Under the pieces are notes generated by a model that was not told the origin of the DNA, did no database searches, and saw nothing but the letters and a program-made list of their open reading frames with translations. From an uncultured archaeon (GTDB lineage: Archaea; Altiarchaeota; Altiarchaeia; JAFGQM01): a stretch of DNA of 45,099 nucleotides. Position 1 is the first letter of the stretch; each line of letters begins with the position of its first letter. The translations under genes were made by a program, and so were the position numbers. The DNA lies in the NCBI GenBank assembly GCA_964391885.1, contig CAYMNU010000068.1, forward strand, positions 1 to 45,099, read 5' to 3'. Of the stretch, positions 18,396 to 26,028 are shown in pieces.

Positions 18396-19493
18396 CTATT
18401 CGGCCAGCCTCTTCATGCCCTCGACCAGCTTGGCAGCAACCTCTGGCTTCGGCATCGCGAAGCTGATATACTTGTTGTCCATCTCGGTGAAGGTGGCTGG
18501 AACATCCCGTATCAATACCTTGTATTTCTCGAGGAAATAATCCCTGACTTCTGTAGATGTCTTGTCGAGTGCTGATATATCCATGAATAAGAAAGAGGTG
18601 GCTGAATCCCATACCTTTATGCCGAGCTTTTCGAACTCTGCACGCATCTCTGCCTTTTCTTCTGCAATCCTCCTCCAGATTCCTTGATAGTAAGAGAGGT
18701 CATCAAGGGCGGCTATACCCCCATAAACGCCGAAGCGATTCAGCTCGAAGCCGTTCAGTACCCTCCCGAAGACCTCGCAGTTATCCTTGGATGAGATAAA
18801 ATAAGACATCCTGCCCCCTGCCAAACCAAATCCTTTCGAAAAGCTGCGCGCTACATAGAGGTTTTCGTATTCGTTGACCACATCCGCCACACTCTCTCCG
18901 CAATATTCATAATAACACTCATCAACGACAACGATTCTATCTTTTGCATTCTCCACTACTTTCAGAATGTCATCTCTCGGCATTTTCAGCGAGGTGGGGT
19001 TGTTCGGGCTGCAAACGAAGACCATCCTAGTCTTTGAATCCATCTCTTCAATCAACTGATCAGCATCAATCGCGAAATCCGGTTCCTGCATTGGCACGAC
19101 CTTTCTTACCCCTCCGCATCTCTCGACACCCAATATCAGCTCAGGGTAGGTCGGAGCCATCGAGACTATGTTGTCGCCCGGCCGTATGAAACATTTTGGA
19201 AGGCGATTGAATGCCTGGTCCAATGCCTCATCAAGCACTATCTCTCCATACTCGACACCAGCGTAATCCGCAATCCCTTGTTGTAATTCTCCTGTCGGCT
19301 CGTCACCTACATAGACATACCACTTTGCGAGTGGTGCGTTCTTTTTCAAGGCTTCGACTACCTTGGGTGATATGTCATATTGGAACTCGTTAAGGTTAAG
19401 CCTGATTTCAGGTTTGATTGTCCCCTTCGCGCCGTATGCTGCAGCCTCGCAGCTCTCTAAATAAGGCCACATTAAGTCTTTTGCAGATGCCAT
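18396..19493 (-). CDS. hisC: Divergent HisC/CobD-like class I/II PLP enzyme
   Basis: LNLNE, SPNNPT, VDECYYEY, RSFSKGFGLAGGR (PLP Lys). Several substrate-site motifs are altered. Confidence 0.72.
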   Translation of the reverse strand: MASAKDLMWPYLESCEAAAYGAKGTIKPEIRLNLNEFQYDISPKVVEALKKNAPLAKWYVYVGDEPTGELQQGIADYAGVEYGEIVLDEALDQAFNRLPKCFIRPGDNIVSMAPTYPELILGVERCGGVRKVVPMQEPDFAIDADQLIEEMDSKTRMVFVCSPNNPTSLKMPRDDILKVVENAKDRIVVVDECYYEYCGESVADVVNEYENLYVARSFSKGFGLAGGRMSYFISSKDNCEVFGRVLNGFELNRFGVYGGIAALDDLSYYQGIWRRIAEEKAEMRAEFEKLGIKVWDSATSFLFMDISALDKTSTEVRDYFLEKYKVLIRDVPATFTEMDNKYISFAMPKPEVAAKLVEGMKRLAE

Positions 19494-19560
19494 TGTGGCA
19501 TATTTTGTCGGCGCTTACATAAATATGAGCCCATCTTTGCAATGACAGCTTGCTAAACCC

Positions 19561-20424
19561 TTACTCCCTTAATTTTCCAATTAGTCGGGGGAGTTCCGTA
19601 ACGTCATCCACTACGTCATCCGCCCCCGCTTCCCTGAGCGACTCCTCACTGGCTATACCTGTGCGCACGCAGATGCATCTTATCCCCGCTCTCTTGGCGG
19701 AAAGCGCGTCTGAAACAGAATCACCCACAAACACATAGTCGTTCTCAAAATTCCCGCAACTTTCGCATCCTTCATTAGCATATATCGCATGCAGTATAGG
19801 CCAGGGATCCGGCTTTCCCAAATGCTTTCCCTGCCTCTCGCTCTCCTCAGCTATCTCGGTTTCTGTGACAATCATTTTGGAATCAAAATAGTTCCAAAGC
19901 CCCCATTTTTTGAGCGGCAGTTCGGTCTCAGACAGTGGCCTGCCGGTCACTATGCCTAGCCCAAGACCCATGCGCATAAGCTCTTTAAGTGCATTTTCTA
20001 TTTTTTCCAGCCCGATGACGGGCTCGTCGCTGTCCGCCAGCTCATAGTAGCAGGCCTGAAAGCGCTTGTGTGATTCCTTCCATTCTCCACCCTCCCTGTC
20101 ATGGCTTTCCGAGGGGTCGAGTTCGTCAAGAAGCTTTAGGTATTCAAGCCCCTTATAACCCCTCGCGGCAAGCTCTTTCAGGAATTCGCGCACATCCTTT
20201 CCAAGCTTCGCCAGTACTGAAGAGCAATAGGCGATGTCCCAGTTAGAGTTCACGCCTGCCTCCTTGAAGCCTTTTATTACCTCATCTGGCAGAACGTCTT
20301 TGGCGTCTAATTCCCTACTATTCTCTAAATCTCCGAGCGACCTCGCTACTGCCATTCCGGCGCAATTCCAGTAGATGCGCTCAGAGGTTATTACCCCGTC
20401 CAGGTCGAAAAGCACTGCTTTCAT
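19561..20424 (-). CDS. HAD-superfamily phosphatase, candidate histidinol-phosphate phosphatase
   Basis: FDLDGV (motif I), VTGRP (II), GKPDP (III), VGDSVSD (IV); lies between hisB and hisC. Confidence 0.85.
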   Translation of the reverse strand: MKAVLFDLDGVITSERIYWNCAGMAVARSLGDLENSRELDAKDVLPDEVIKGFKEAGVNSNWDIAYCSSVLAKLGKDVREFLKELAARGYKGLEYLKLLDELDPSESHDREGGEWKESHKRFQACYYELADSDEPVIGLEKIENALKELMRMGLGLGIVTGRPLSETELPLKKWGLWNYFDSKMIVTETEIAEESERQGKHLGKPDPWPILHAIYANEGCESCGNFENDYVFVGDSVSDALSAKRAGIRCICVRTGIASEESLREAGADDVVDDVTELPRLIGKLRE

Positions 20425-20456
20425 AGTTTTATTCTTTGCCAGACTAATTAAATAAA

Positions 20457-20627
20457 ATGAGGCCTAGGCAGAATCCGCGCATCTTCAGGCACAAGTGCCC
20501 CAAGTGCCCGCAAACTATAAATGTCACTGCACGGTCCGAGAGGGAAAAGCAGCCGGCGAAGTGCGTATGCGGCTGGGAAGGCTTTGTGAAAGATCCCGAA
20601 GGGAAAGTGCATAGGATAATCAGATAA
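20457..20627 (+). CDS. 56-aa basic Zn-ribbon microprotein
   Basis: MRPRQNPRIFRHKCPKCPQTINVTARSEREKQPAKCVCGWEGFVKDPEGKVHRIIR*. It fills the hisB-HAD gap on the opposite strand. Not in the ORF track. Confidence 0.7.
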   Translation: MRPRQNPRIFRHKCPKCPQTINVTARSEREKQPAKCVCGWEGFVKDPEGKVHRIIR

Positions 20628-20629
20628 TC

Positions 20630-21256
20630 CTACTTTAGCGTCCCTTTCACGCCTGCGGTAGTCCCCGCCCGCCAGGGGTTCGGATCGAACGCTTCCCGCA
20701 GCGCCTCGCCGAGTGCCCTGAAGATGCTTTCCCATGTGTGGTGCGGGTCTTTGCCTGATTCCACGACTATCCTTATGCTGGCGCCCAATCCAAGCGCCAA
20801 GCCGTCAAGAAAATCATCCAAATCACAGGTCTTTGTGTCCTCGACCATGGTCAAATCAGTAATAGGATTGCCCTCAAGCATAAGTCTAGGCCTGCCCTCA
20901 ATGCTCACAACTGCAGTCGCGCAGCCTTCGTCTATCATGCTCCTCGAGGCTCCGCTGACACCTTTCTTCAGCTTCTCCTCAAACATTGCCCTGAGCGCAG
21001 AACCCAGCACAATGCCAGAGTCCTCCGCAATCACATGAGTGAGCTTGAAGTTGGTCGTGGTGTACTTGAAATCGATGTTCAGGTTCATCCTCCATCCCAG
21101 AGTTTCAATCATGTGGTTGAGGAAGGCTAGTCCTGTGTCCATCTTCGTCTGCCTCCGCGGCTTTGAATCTATGCTACACTCTATCTTTGACTCGCGAGTG
21201 ACTCGTTCTACTATTACTTCAGTGTCCGAAACCTTCTTTATGTCTGCGCCGACCAT
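20630..21256 (-). CDS. hisB: Divergent imidazoleglycerol-phosphate dehydratase
   Basis: RVTRES, DTGLAFLNHM, THVIAED, MIDE, DPHHTWESIFRALG, C-terminal VKGTL; start at MVGAD (21256). Confidence 0.8.
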   Translation of the reverse strand: MVGADIKKVSDTEVIVERVTRESKIECSIDSKPRRQTKMDTGLAFLNHMIETLGWRMNLNIDFKYTTTNFKLTHVIAEDSGIVLGSALRAMFEEKLKKGVSGASRSMIDEGCATAVVSIEGRPRLMLEGNPITDLTMVEDTKTCDLDDFLDGLALGLGASIRIVVESGKDPHHTWESIFRALGEALREAFDPNPWRAGTTAGVKGTLK

Positions 21257-21260
21257 TTTC

Positions 21261-21773
21261 TTATTTATCCCTCTTAAGTAAGCTAATAATACTTTCCCTG
21301 TCATTAATTATTCTTGGATAAATAGCTCGATCCATTATAATGGATTTTCTCTTCAAATGCCTTCCAACCACTCTTTCAAATGTTTTTTCATCAAACCCTT
21401 CGACTCTCTTTAGATGTTCTAGTAGGGGTGGCATTTGACTAAAATCCGCACGTGGTCTTAAGCAGCTTGCAACGACAACAGCATCCGCATCTTCAAAATC
21501 CTTAGGTCGAACTCCACCCTCTGCATCATCCAAAATTACGCCTTTGGACCTCAGAAAGACTCCCCTATCCAGACCGGCTACTTTTCTCAACCTGAATCCC
21601 TCCCCGCCTATTTTTATGGAAAACCTTACGGGATCGTACTTTCTACCGCTCAATGCCGTAGCACATTGCGCACCTAAAAAACGTGAATCTCCAACTCCGC
21701 TGGGGCAAAGGAACAGCATTTTATAATCTTTCGGTCTCTTTCCTTTCCTTTTAGCAAAAGAAGGCATTTTCAT
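21261..21773 (-). CDS. Orphan protein with basic N-terminus and LMW-PTP/PTS-IIB-like Cys loop
   Basis: ATGA overlap with the hisD stop; MLFLCPSGVGDS and KDFEDADAVVV; visibly more AT-rich than its neighbours. Confidence 0.65.
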   Translation of the reverse strand: MKMPSFAKRKGKRPKDYKMLFLCPSGVGDSRFLGAQCATALSGRKYDPVRFSIKIGGEGFRLRKVAGLDRGVFLRSKGVILDDAEGGVRPKDFEDADAVVVASCLRPRADFSQMPPLLEHLKRVEGFDEKTFERVVGRHLKRKSIIMDRAIYPRIINDRESIISLLKRDK

Positions 21774-23056
21774 CTCTCAAACCTGACTTCCACCGACTTA
21801 GTGTGCGCCGGAAAGCCCTCGAACTCCGAGAGCATAGTGATATCTCTCTTCAGGCTCCTCAAACCGTCCTTGGAAAGCTTTTCGACAGTGGGCCTCTTTA
21901 GGAAAGTGTCCACGCTCACGCCAGAATACATCCTCCCGAACCGCCCCGTCGGCAGGATGGCATTAGGCCCTGCAGCAAAGTTGCCCGCAGTTATCGGCGA
22001 GTACTGGCCAAGGCAATAGGTTCCCGCGGTCGTGAGTTTATCAAGGGTTTTCTCAGGGTCCTTAGTGTTCACGACCAGATGCTCCACGGCATAGTCATTG
22101 ACAAAGGCTATCGCTTCTTCCATATTCCTGCAAAGAACAATCCCAGAATACTTTCTTATGTTCTCGAGCACATAACCCTGCCTGACCTCATCCAGCTCAT
22201 TGAGCATGAGATAGAACTCCTTCTGCACCTTAAGTGCCAGCTCCTGCGAGTCCGTCACTAAAACAGCTGCAGAGTCCGGTCCGTGCTCAGCTTCACTCAG
22301 GACATCGGCTGCAACGTAGTTTGGCTCAGCAAATTTATCTGCGAGCACCATCCCTTCACTCGGACCCGGAGGAAAATCTATGCGCACATCATTCCTGACT
22401 AGCCTTTGTGCGGCGGATACGTAAGGCCCCCCCGGACCTGCAATCACATCACATTTTGGTATCTTCTTCGTGCCGTAAGCCATAGCGGCAATGGATTGCA
22501 CACCTCCGACTTTGAACAGCTTGTCAACACCGCAGATGTCCGCAGCCACAAGGCTCGCGACGTCCAAAACCCCTTCATATTGGGGAGGGGTGCACACGAC
22601 AATCTCTTTGATGCCCGCCACCTTCGCGGGAACTGCCAGCATAAGCATCACAGAGGGGTAAACCGCTTTTCCTCCCGGCACATAAAGCCCCGCGCGCTCC
22701 AGGGGTATGACTCTTCGCCCCACTTCCACGCCCGGTTCTATCTCCATCCTGAACTCATCGGGCATCTGCCTCTCATGGAATTTTTTTATGTTTTTATATG
22801 CGCGCTGTATTGCTTTTAGGAGGGGCTCGTCTATGCTATCATAAGCAGCACTCATCTCATCTGCGCTTACTTCTATCTCCTTTAACTTTATTCCGTCAAA
22901 CTTTTCAGTATACTCCAGAACAGCAGCATCCCCACGCTTCCTGACATCCTCTATTATCGCTTCCGCAGCTTTCTCTGCTTTTGCTACGTCTTTCTCGGCG
23001 CGCAGCATAAAGTCCTGTTTCACCTCGTCCCTTGCTAATATTGGCAGCCTCATCAT
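21770..23056 (-). CDS. hisD: Histidinol dehydrogenase homolog with variant Zn site
   Basis: GLYVPGGKAVYPS, GGVQSIAA, GPSE, SEAEHG, AVEHL, GNFAAGPNAILPT, EGFPAH. Confidence 0.88.
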   Translation of the reverse strand: MMRLPILARDEVKQDFMLRAEKDVAKAEKAAEAIIEDVRKRGDAAVLEYTEKFDGIKLKEIEVSADEMSAAYDSIDEPLLKAIQRAYKNIKKFHERQMPDEFRMEIEPGVEVGRRVIPLERAGLYVPGGKAVYPSVMLMLAVPAKVAGIKEIVVCTPPQYEGVLDVASLVAADICGVDKLFKVGGVQSIAAMAYGTKKIPKCDVIAGPGGPYVSAAQRLVRNDVRIDFPPGPSEGMVLADKFAEPNYVAADVLSEAEHGPDSAAVLVTDSQELALKVQKEFYLMLNELDEVRQGYVLENIRKYSGIVLCRNMEEAIAFVNDYAVEHLVVNTKDPEKTLDKLTTAGTYCLGQYSPITAGNFAAGPNAILPTGRFGRMYSGVSVDTFLKRPTVEKLSKDGLRSLKRDITMLSEFEGFPAHTKSVEVRFER

Positions 23057-23904
23057 TTTACAAGCCTTTCTATAGGCAGGACTAATATGTCCCTGCCTCC
23101 CATCCCCTTTAATTTTTTGATTAAGTTAAATATGTCCCGTTCGCCGACTACCATCTGCACGGCGATCCACCCTTCTTTGTCAAGCCTTGTCACTGTCGGG
23201 GAAAGAGCACCCTTGCTGGTCTTCTCCAACTCGCTAAGCTTGCTCTCGGGCATGTTTGCCATCAGGTATTTCTTCTTGTCTGCGGAGACCACGCTCTTTA
23301 TGCCCAAAAGTATGTCGTCGACCATATCATCTTTTGTACTGGGGTTTGCAATCAGCGAGAATTGTGACTCCAGGAGAGTGTCCACTACTTCAAGTCCATG
23401 CGTCTTAAGCGTGGAGCCTGTGGAAGTAAGGTCGACGATTGCATCGGCAAGTCCAATCACAGGAGCAACTTCAACGGCACCCGATAGCTCTACTATCTCT
23501 ACTTTCTTCCCTGCTTTTCTGAAGTAATCCTTGCTTGCTTTTACGAACTTCGTTGCCACCCGTGAGCCTTCTTTCAGGTCGCTTACCGATTTCAGCACAC
23601 CCTCTTTTGCCGCAAGCACAAGCGAGCAGTAGCCGAAGCCAAGGTCAGCTATTCTTTTGATATTGGCTCCCTTCTCAACTATTATGTCCTGGCCCACCAT
23701 GCCCAGGTCTGCAACGCCTTCCTCGACGAACTGCGGTATATCCTCGACCCTGACAAACATTATGTCAACCCCCGGCTCATTAGTCCTGACGAAGAGCGAC
23801 TTCTCGTCATAGCTAACCGGCTTAATCCCTGCGCTCCTCAATAGCTCGAGGCACGGAGCCTTCATCCTCCCCTTGTTTGGTATTGCTATTCTCAGCTTTC
23901 TCAT
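23053..23904 (-). CDS. hisG: ATP phosphoribosyltransferase, long form
   Basis: IAIPNKGR, RVEDIP, DLGFG, VATKF, GAVEVAP, IVDLTSTGSTL, plus the C-terminal regulatory domain. Confidence 0.95.
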   Translation of the reverse strand: MRKLRIAIPNKGRMKAPCLELLRSAGIKPVSYDEKSLFVRTNEPGVDIMFVRVEDIPQFVEEGVADLGMVGQDIIVEKGANIKRIADLGFGYCSLVLAAKEGVLKSVSDLKEGSRVATKFVKASKDYFRKAGKKVEIVELSGAVEVAPVIGLADAIVDLTSTGSTLKTHGLEVVDTLLESQFSLIANPSTKDDMVDDILLGIKSVVSADKKKYLMANMPESKLSELEKTSKGALSPTVTRLDKEGWIAVQMVVGERDIFNLIKKLKGMGGRDILVLPIERLVK

Positions 23905-25142
23905 TTTAATGCCTCCACAACCTTATCCTTTGGGACTATTGCCTGGTCCCCGCTTTCCATGTCTCTCACTGTCACGTTGCCGTCTGCAAGGTCTTTCTTC
24001 CCCACTATCACGATCTTTTCCACCCCAAGCTTGTCGGCATATTTCATCTGGTTTGAAAAGTTGCGCCCGAGCAGGTCCCCCACAGTGGCAAAACCCGATC
24101 TTCGCAATTTCTGCATAATCCTCACGGCAGTGTCCTCGGACTCACTATCCGCGCGCAGTACATATACCTTAGCACTACTCTTCCTCTTGCTTAAGAGATT
24201 CTTCTCACGCATGACTTCGATTATTCTCTCGATTCCAAGGCTTATCCCCACTGCCGGAACATCCTCTTTCTCGGAAATTTTGCCGATGATTTTATCATAC
24301 CTCCCGCCCCCTGCAATAGAACCGTAATCCCCAAGCGCCACCTCGAAGATGGGCCCGGTGTAGTAATCCAGGCCACGCACCATCGAGAGATCGAGGTCAA
24401 CGCCCTTTCCGTATTCTTCAATAAGCTTGAAGAGGCGCCTCATCTCTTTGACGCCCTCAGTTTCGCCCAACAGTTTCTCAATTTCTTCAAGCGATTTTAT
24501 TTTAAGCGCATTCATGAGGCCATCCAACTTGTCTTCTGGTATTTCCTTTAGCTCTTTCCTAACTTCTTTCTCCCCCAGCTTCTCCAGCTTGTCAAGAGCC
24601 CTGAACACCGCGAGCTCTCGGTCCTTGCTAATGCCTATCTTGGCCAAAAGCTCATCCAGGACCTTCCTATTGTTAACCTTGAACTTGAATCCCTTCAAGC
24701 CAAGTGCCTCGAATGCGTCAATAGCGCATGAGATGATCTCCGCGTCTGCGTTCATGTCGGATACCCCTACGATATCCACATCACATTGCCAGAACTCGCG
24801 GAAACGCCCTTTCTGCGGCCTGTCGAAGCGCCAAACGCGCGATATGCAGTAGCGCTTGTAGGGCATAGTAAGCTGATTCATGGCGACGACACGAACCAAT
24901 GGCACAGTCAAATCATACCTGAGGGCTAGCTTCCTGCCTCCCATATCCTCGAATTTGTAGATAAGCTTTTCCTCCTCCCCGTATTTGCCTTCAAGCAGCT
25001 CCGCGTATTCGAAAGCGGGCGTCTCGGAAGGCGAGAATCCGTAAGACTCAAAACTAGCTTTAATCTTGTCGATGACCTCTTGCCTCTTCACCATTTCATG
25101 CGGGAGAAAATCCCGCGTCCCCGGAGGGGTTTCTAGCCTCAT
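23901..25142 (-). CDS. hisS: Histidyl-tRNA synthetase
   Basis: GTRDF, LRYDLT, RFDRPQKGRFREFWQCD, RGLDYYTG, GGGRYD, GISLGIER, and an anticodon-binding domain. Confidence 0.96.
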   Translation of the reverse strand: MRLETPPGTRDFLPHEMVKRQEVIDKIKASFESYGFSPSETPAFEYAELLEGKYGEEEKLIYKFEDMGGRKLALRYDLTVPLVRVVAMNQLTMPYKRYCISRVWRFDRPQKGRFREFWQCDVDIVGVSDMNADAEIISCAIDAFEALGLKGFKFKVNNRKVLDELLAKIGISKDRELAVFRALDKLEKLGEKEVRKELKEIPEDKLDGLMNALKIKSLEEIEKLLGETEGVKEMRRLFKLIEEYGKGVDLDLSMVRGLDYYTGPIFEVALGDYGSIAGGGRYDKIIGKISEKEDVPAVGISLGIERIIEVMREKNLLSKRKSSAKVYVLRADSESEDTAVRIMQKLRRSGFATVGDLLGRNFSNQMKYADKLGVEKIVIVGKKDLADGNVTVRDMESGDQAIVPKDKVVEALK

Positions 25143-25510
25143 TTTGTATAGACCTCAGAAACAAAATCAAGAGCCTTTAATTTGCGCAGAAGCTTACTAA
25201 AATCCCCTTTATACTTGCCCACGAGGTTCCATTCGGCTTTTCTTTCCCTCTCAAGGCTCCTCGACTCGCTCATTATTATGTCAAAGCCCTCATTGGACAG
25301 GAACTCGGCTATCTTTGCCAGGCTCCCCGGCGCGTCGCCCATTACTACTTTCATCTCATATACTTTTTTGTCAAATACCGGGCTCATCGTAGCTGTTTTG
25401 CCGTCAAGCCCCACTACTATTTCCATGCCCGGTTCTATGCCCAGCGCCTTGCGTATCCCCAACGGGATAAGCAGCCTTCCCTTCTCATCGATTTTAGATA
25501 TTTCCTGCAT
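25139..25510 (-). CDS. AbrB/MraZ-type DNA-binding domain fused to an ACT domain
   Basis: KIDEKGRLLIPLGIRKALGI plus DAPGSLAKIAEFLSNEGFDII; ATGA overlap with hisS. Confidence 0.85.
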   Translation of the reverse strand: MQEISKIDEKGRLLIPLGIRKALGIEPGMEIVVGLDGKTATMSPVFDKKVYEMKVVMGDAPGSLAKIAEFLSNEGFDIIMSESRSLERERKAEWNLVGKYKGDFSKLLRKLKALDFVSEVYTK

Positions 25511-25519
25511 CTTGAATTT

Positions 25520-25539
25520 AGTGGGATAAATTTCCCACT
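25520..25539. promoter_or_regulatory. Putative operator of the AbrB-ACT regulator
   Basis: AGTGGGA-N6-TCCCACT palindrome 10-29 nt upstream of the start codon. Confidence 0.6.
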
Positions 25540-25574
25540 CTTTGGTTTTTGAAGTTTGAGCTATAAAAATACAT

Positions 25575-25994
25575 ATGTCCGTGGAAACCTATGAACTATC
25601 CATTCAGTCCGGCGGAAAAGGCGACATAATCGACATCACCGATGACGTGGCTCAGACAGTTTCCAAGTCGAAAATAAGCGATGGCATAGCCAATATCTTC
25701 GTCCCCGGCTCGACTGCGAGCATCTCGACCATAGAATACGAGCCTGGCTTACTCAAAGATGTTCCGAGGGCATTAGACAAGATTGCAGCATTTGGTCCGG
25801 ACTATGCGCATCACGAGACGTGGCACGACGACAACGGCGCTTCCCATGTAAGAGCGACGCTCATGGGACCCGGAATCACTGTCCCGTTCAAGGACAAAAC
25901 GCTCCTTTTGGGCACATGGCAGCAGCTCTGCCTCATAGACCACGACACAAGGCCCAGGGAGAGGAAACTAATACTGACAATAATAGGCGATTAA
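25575..25994 (+). CDS. yjbQ: YjbQ/UPF0047 family protein
   Basis: IIDITD, GSTASISTIEYE, DNGASHVRA, LLGTWQ. Confidence 0.92.
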   Translation: MSVETYELSIQSGGKGDIIDITDDVAQTVSKSKISDGIANIFVPGSTASISTIEYEPGLLKDVPRALDKIAAFGPDYAHHETWHDDNGASHVRATLMGPGITVPFKDKTLLLGTWQQLCLIDHDTRPRERKLILTIIGD

Positions 25995-26028
25995 TATTGG
26001 TATTTATGCGCCCTACCCTTATTTTCCC

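Noticed and set aside
23901-25142. HisZ interpretation of the gene next to hisG
   Set aside because: It has intact synthetase motifs and an anticodon domain, and HisG is the long form that does not need HisZ.
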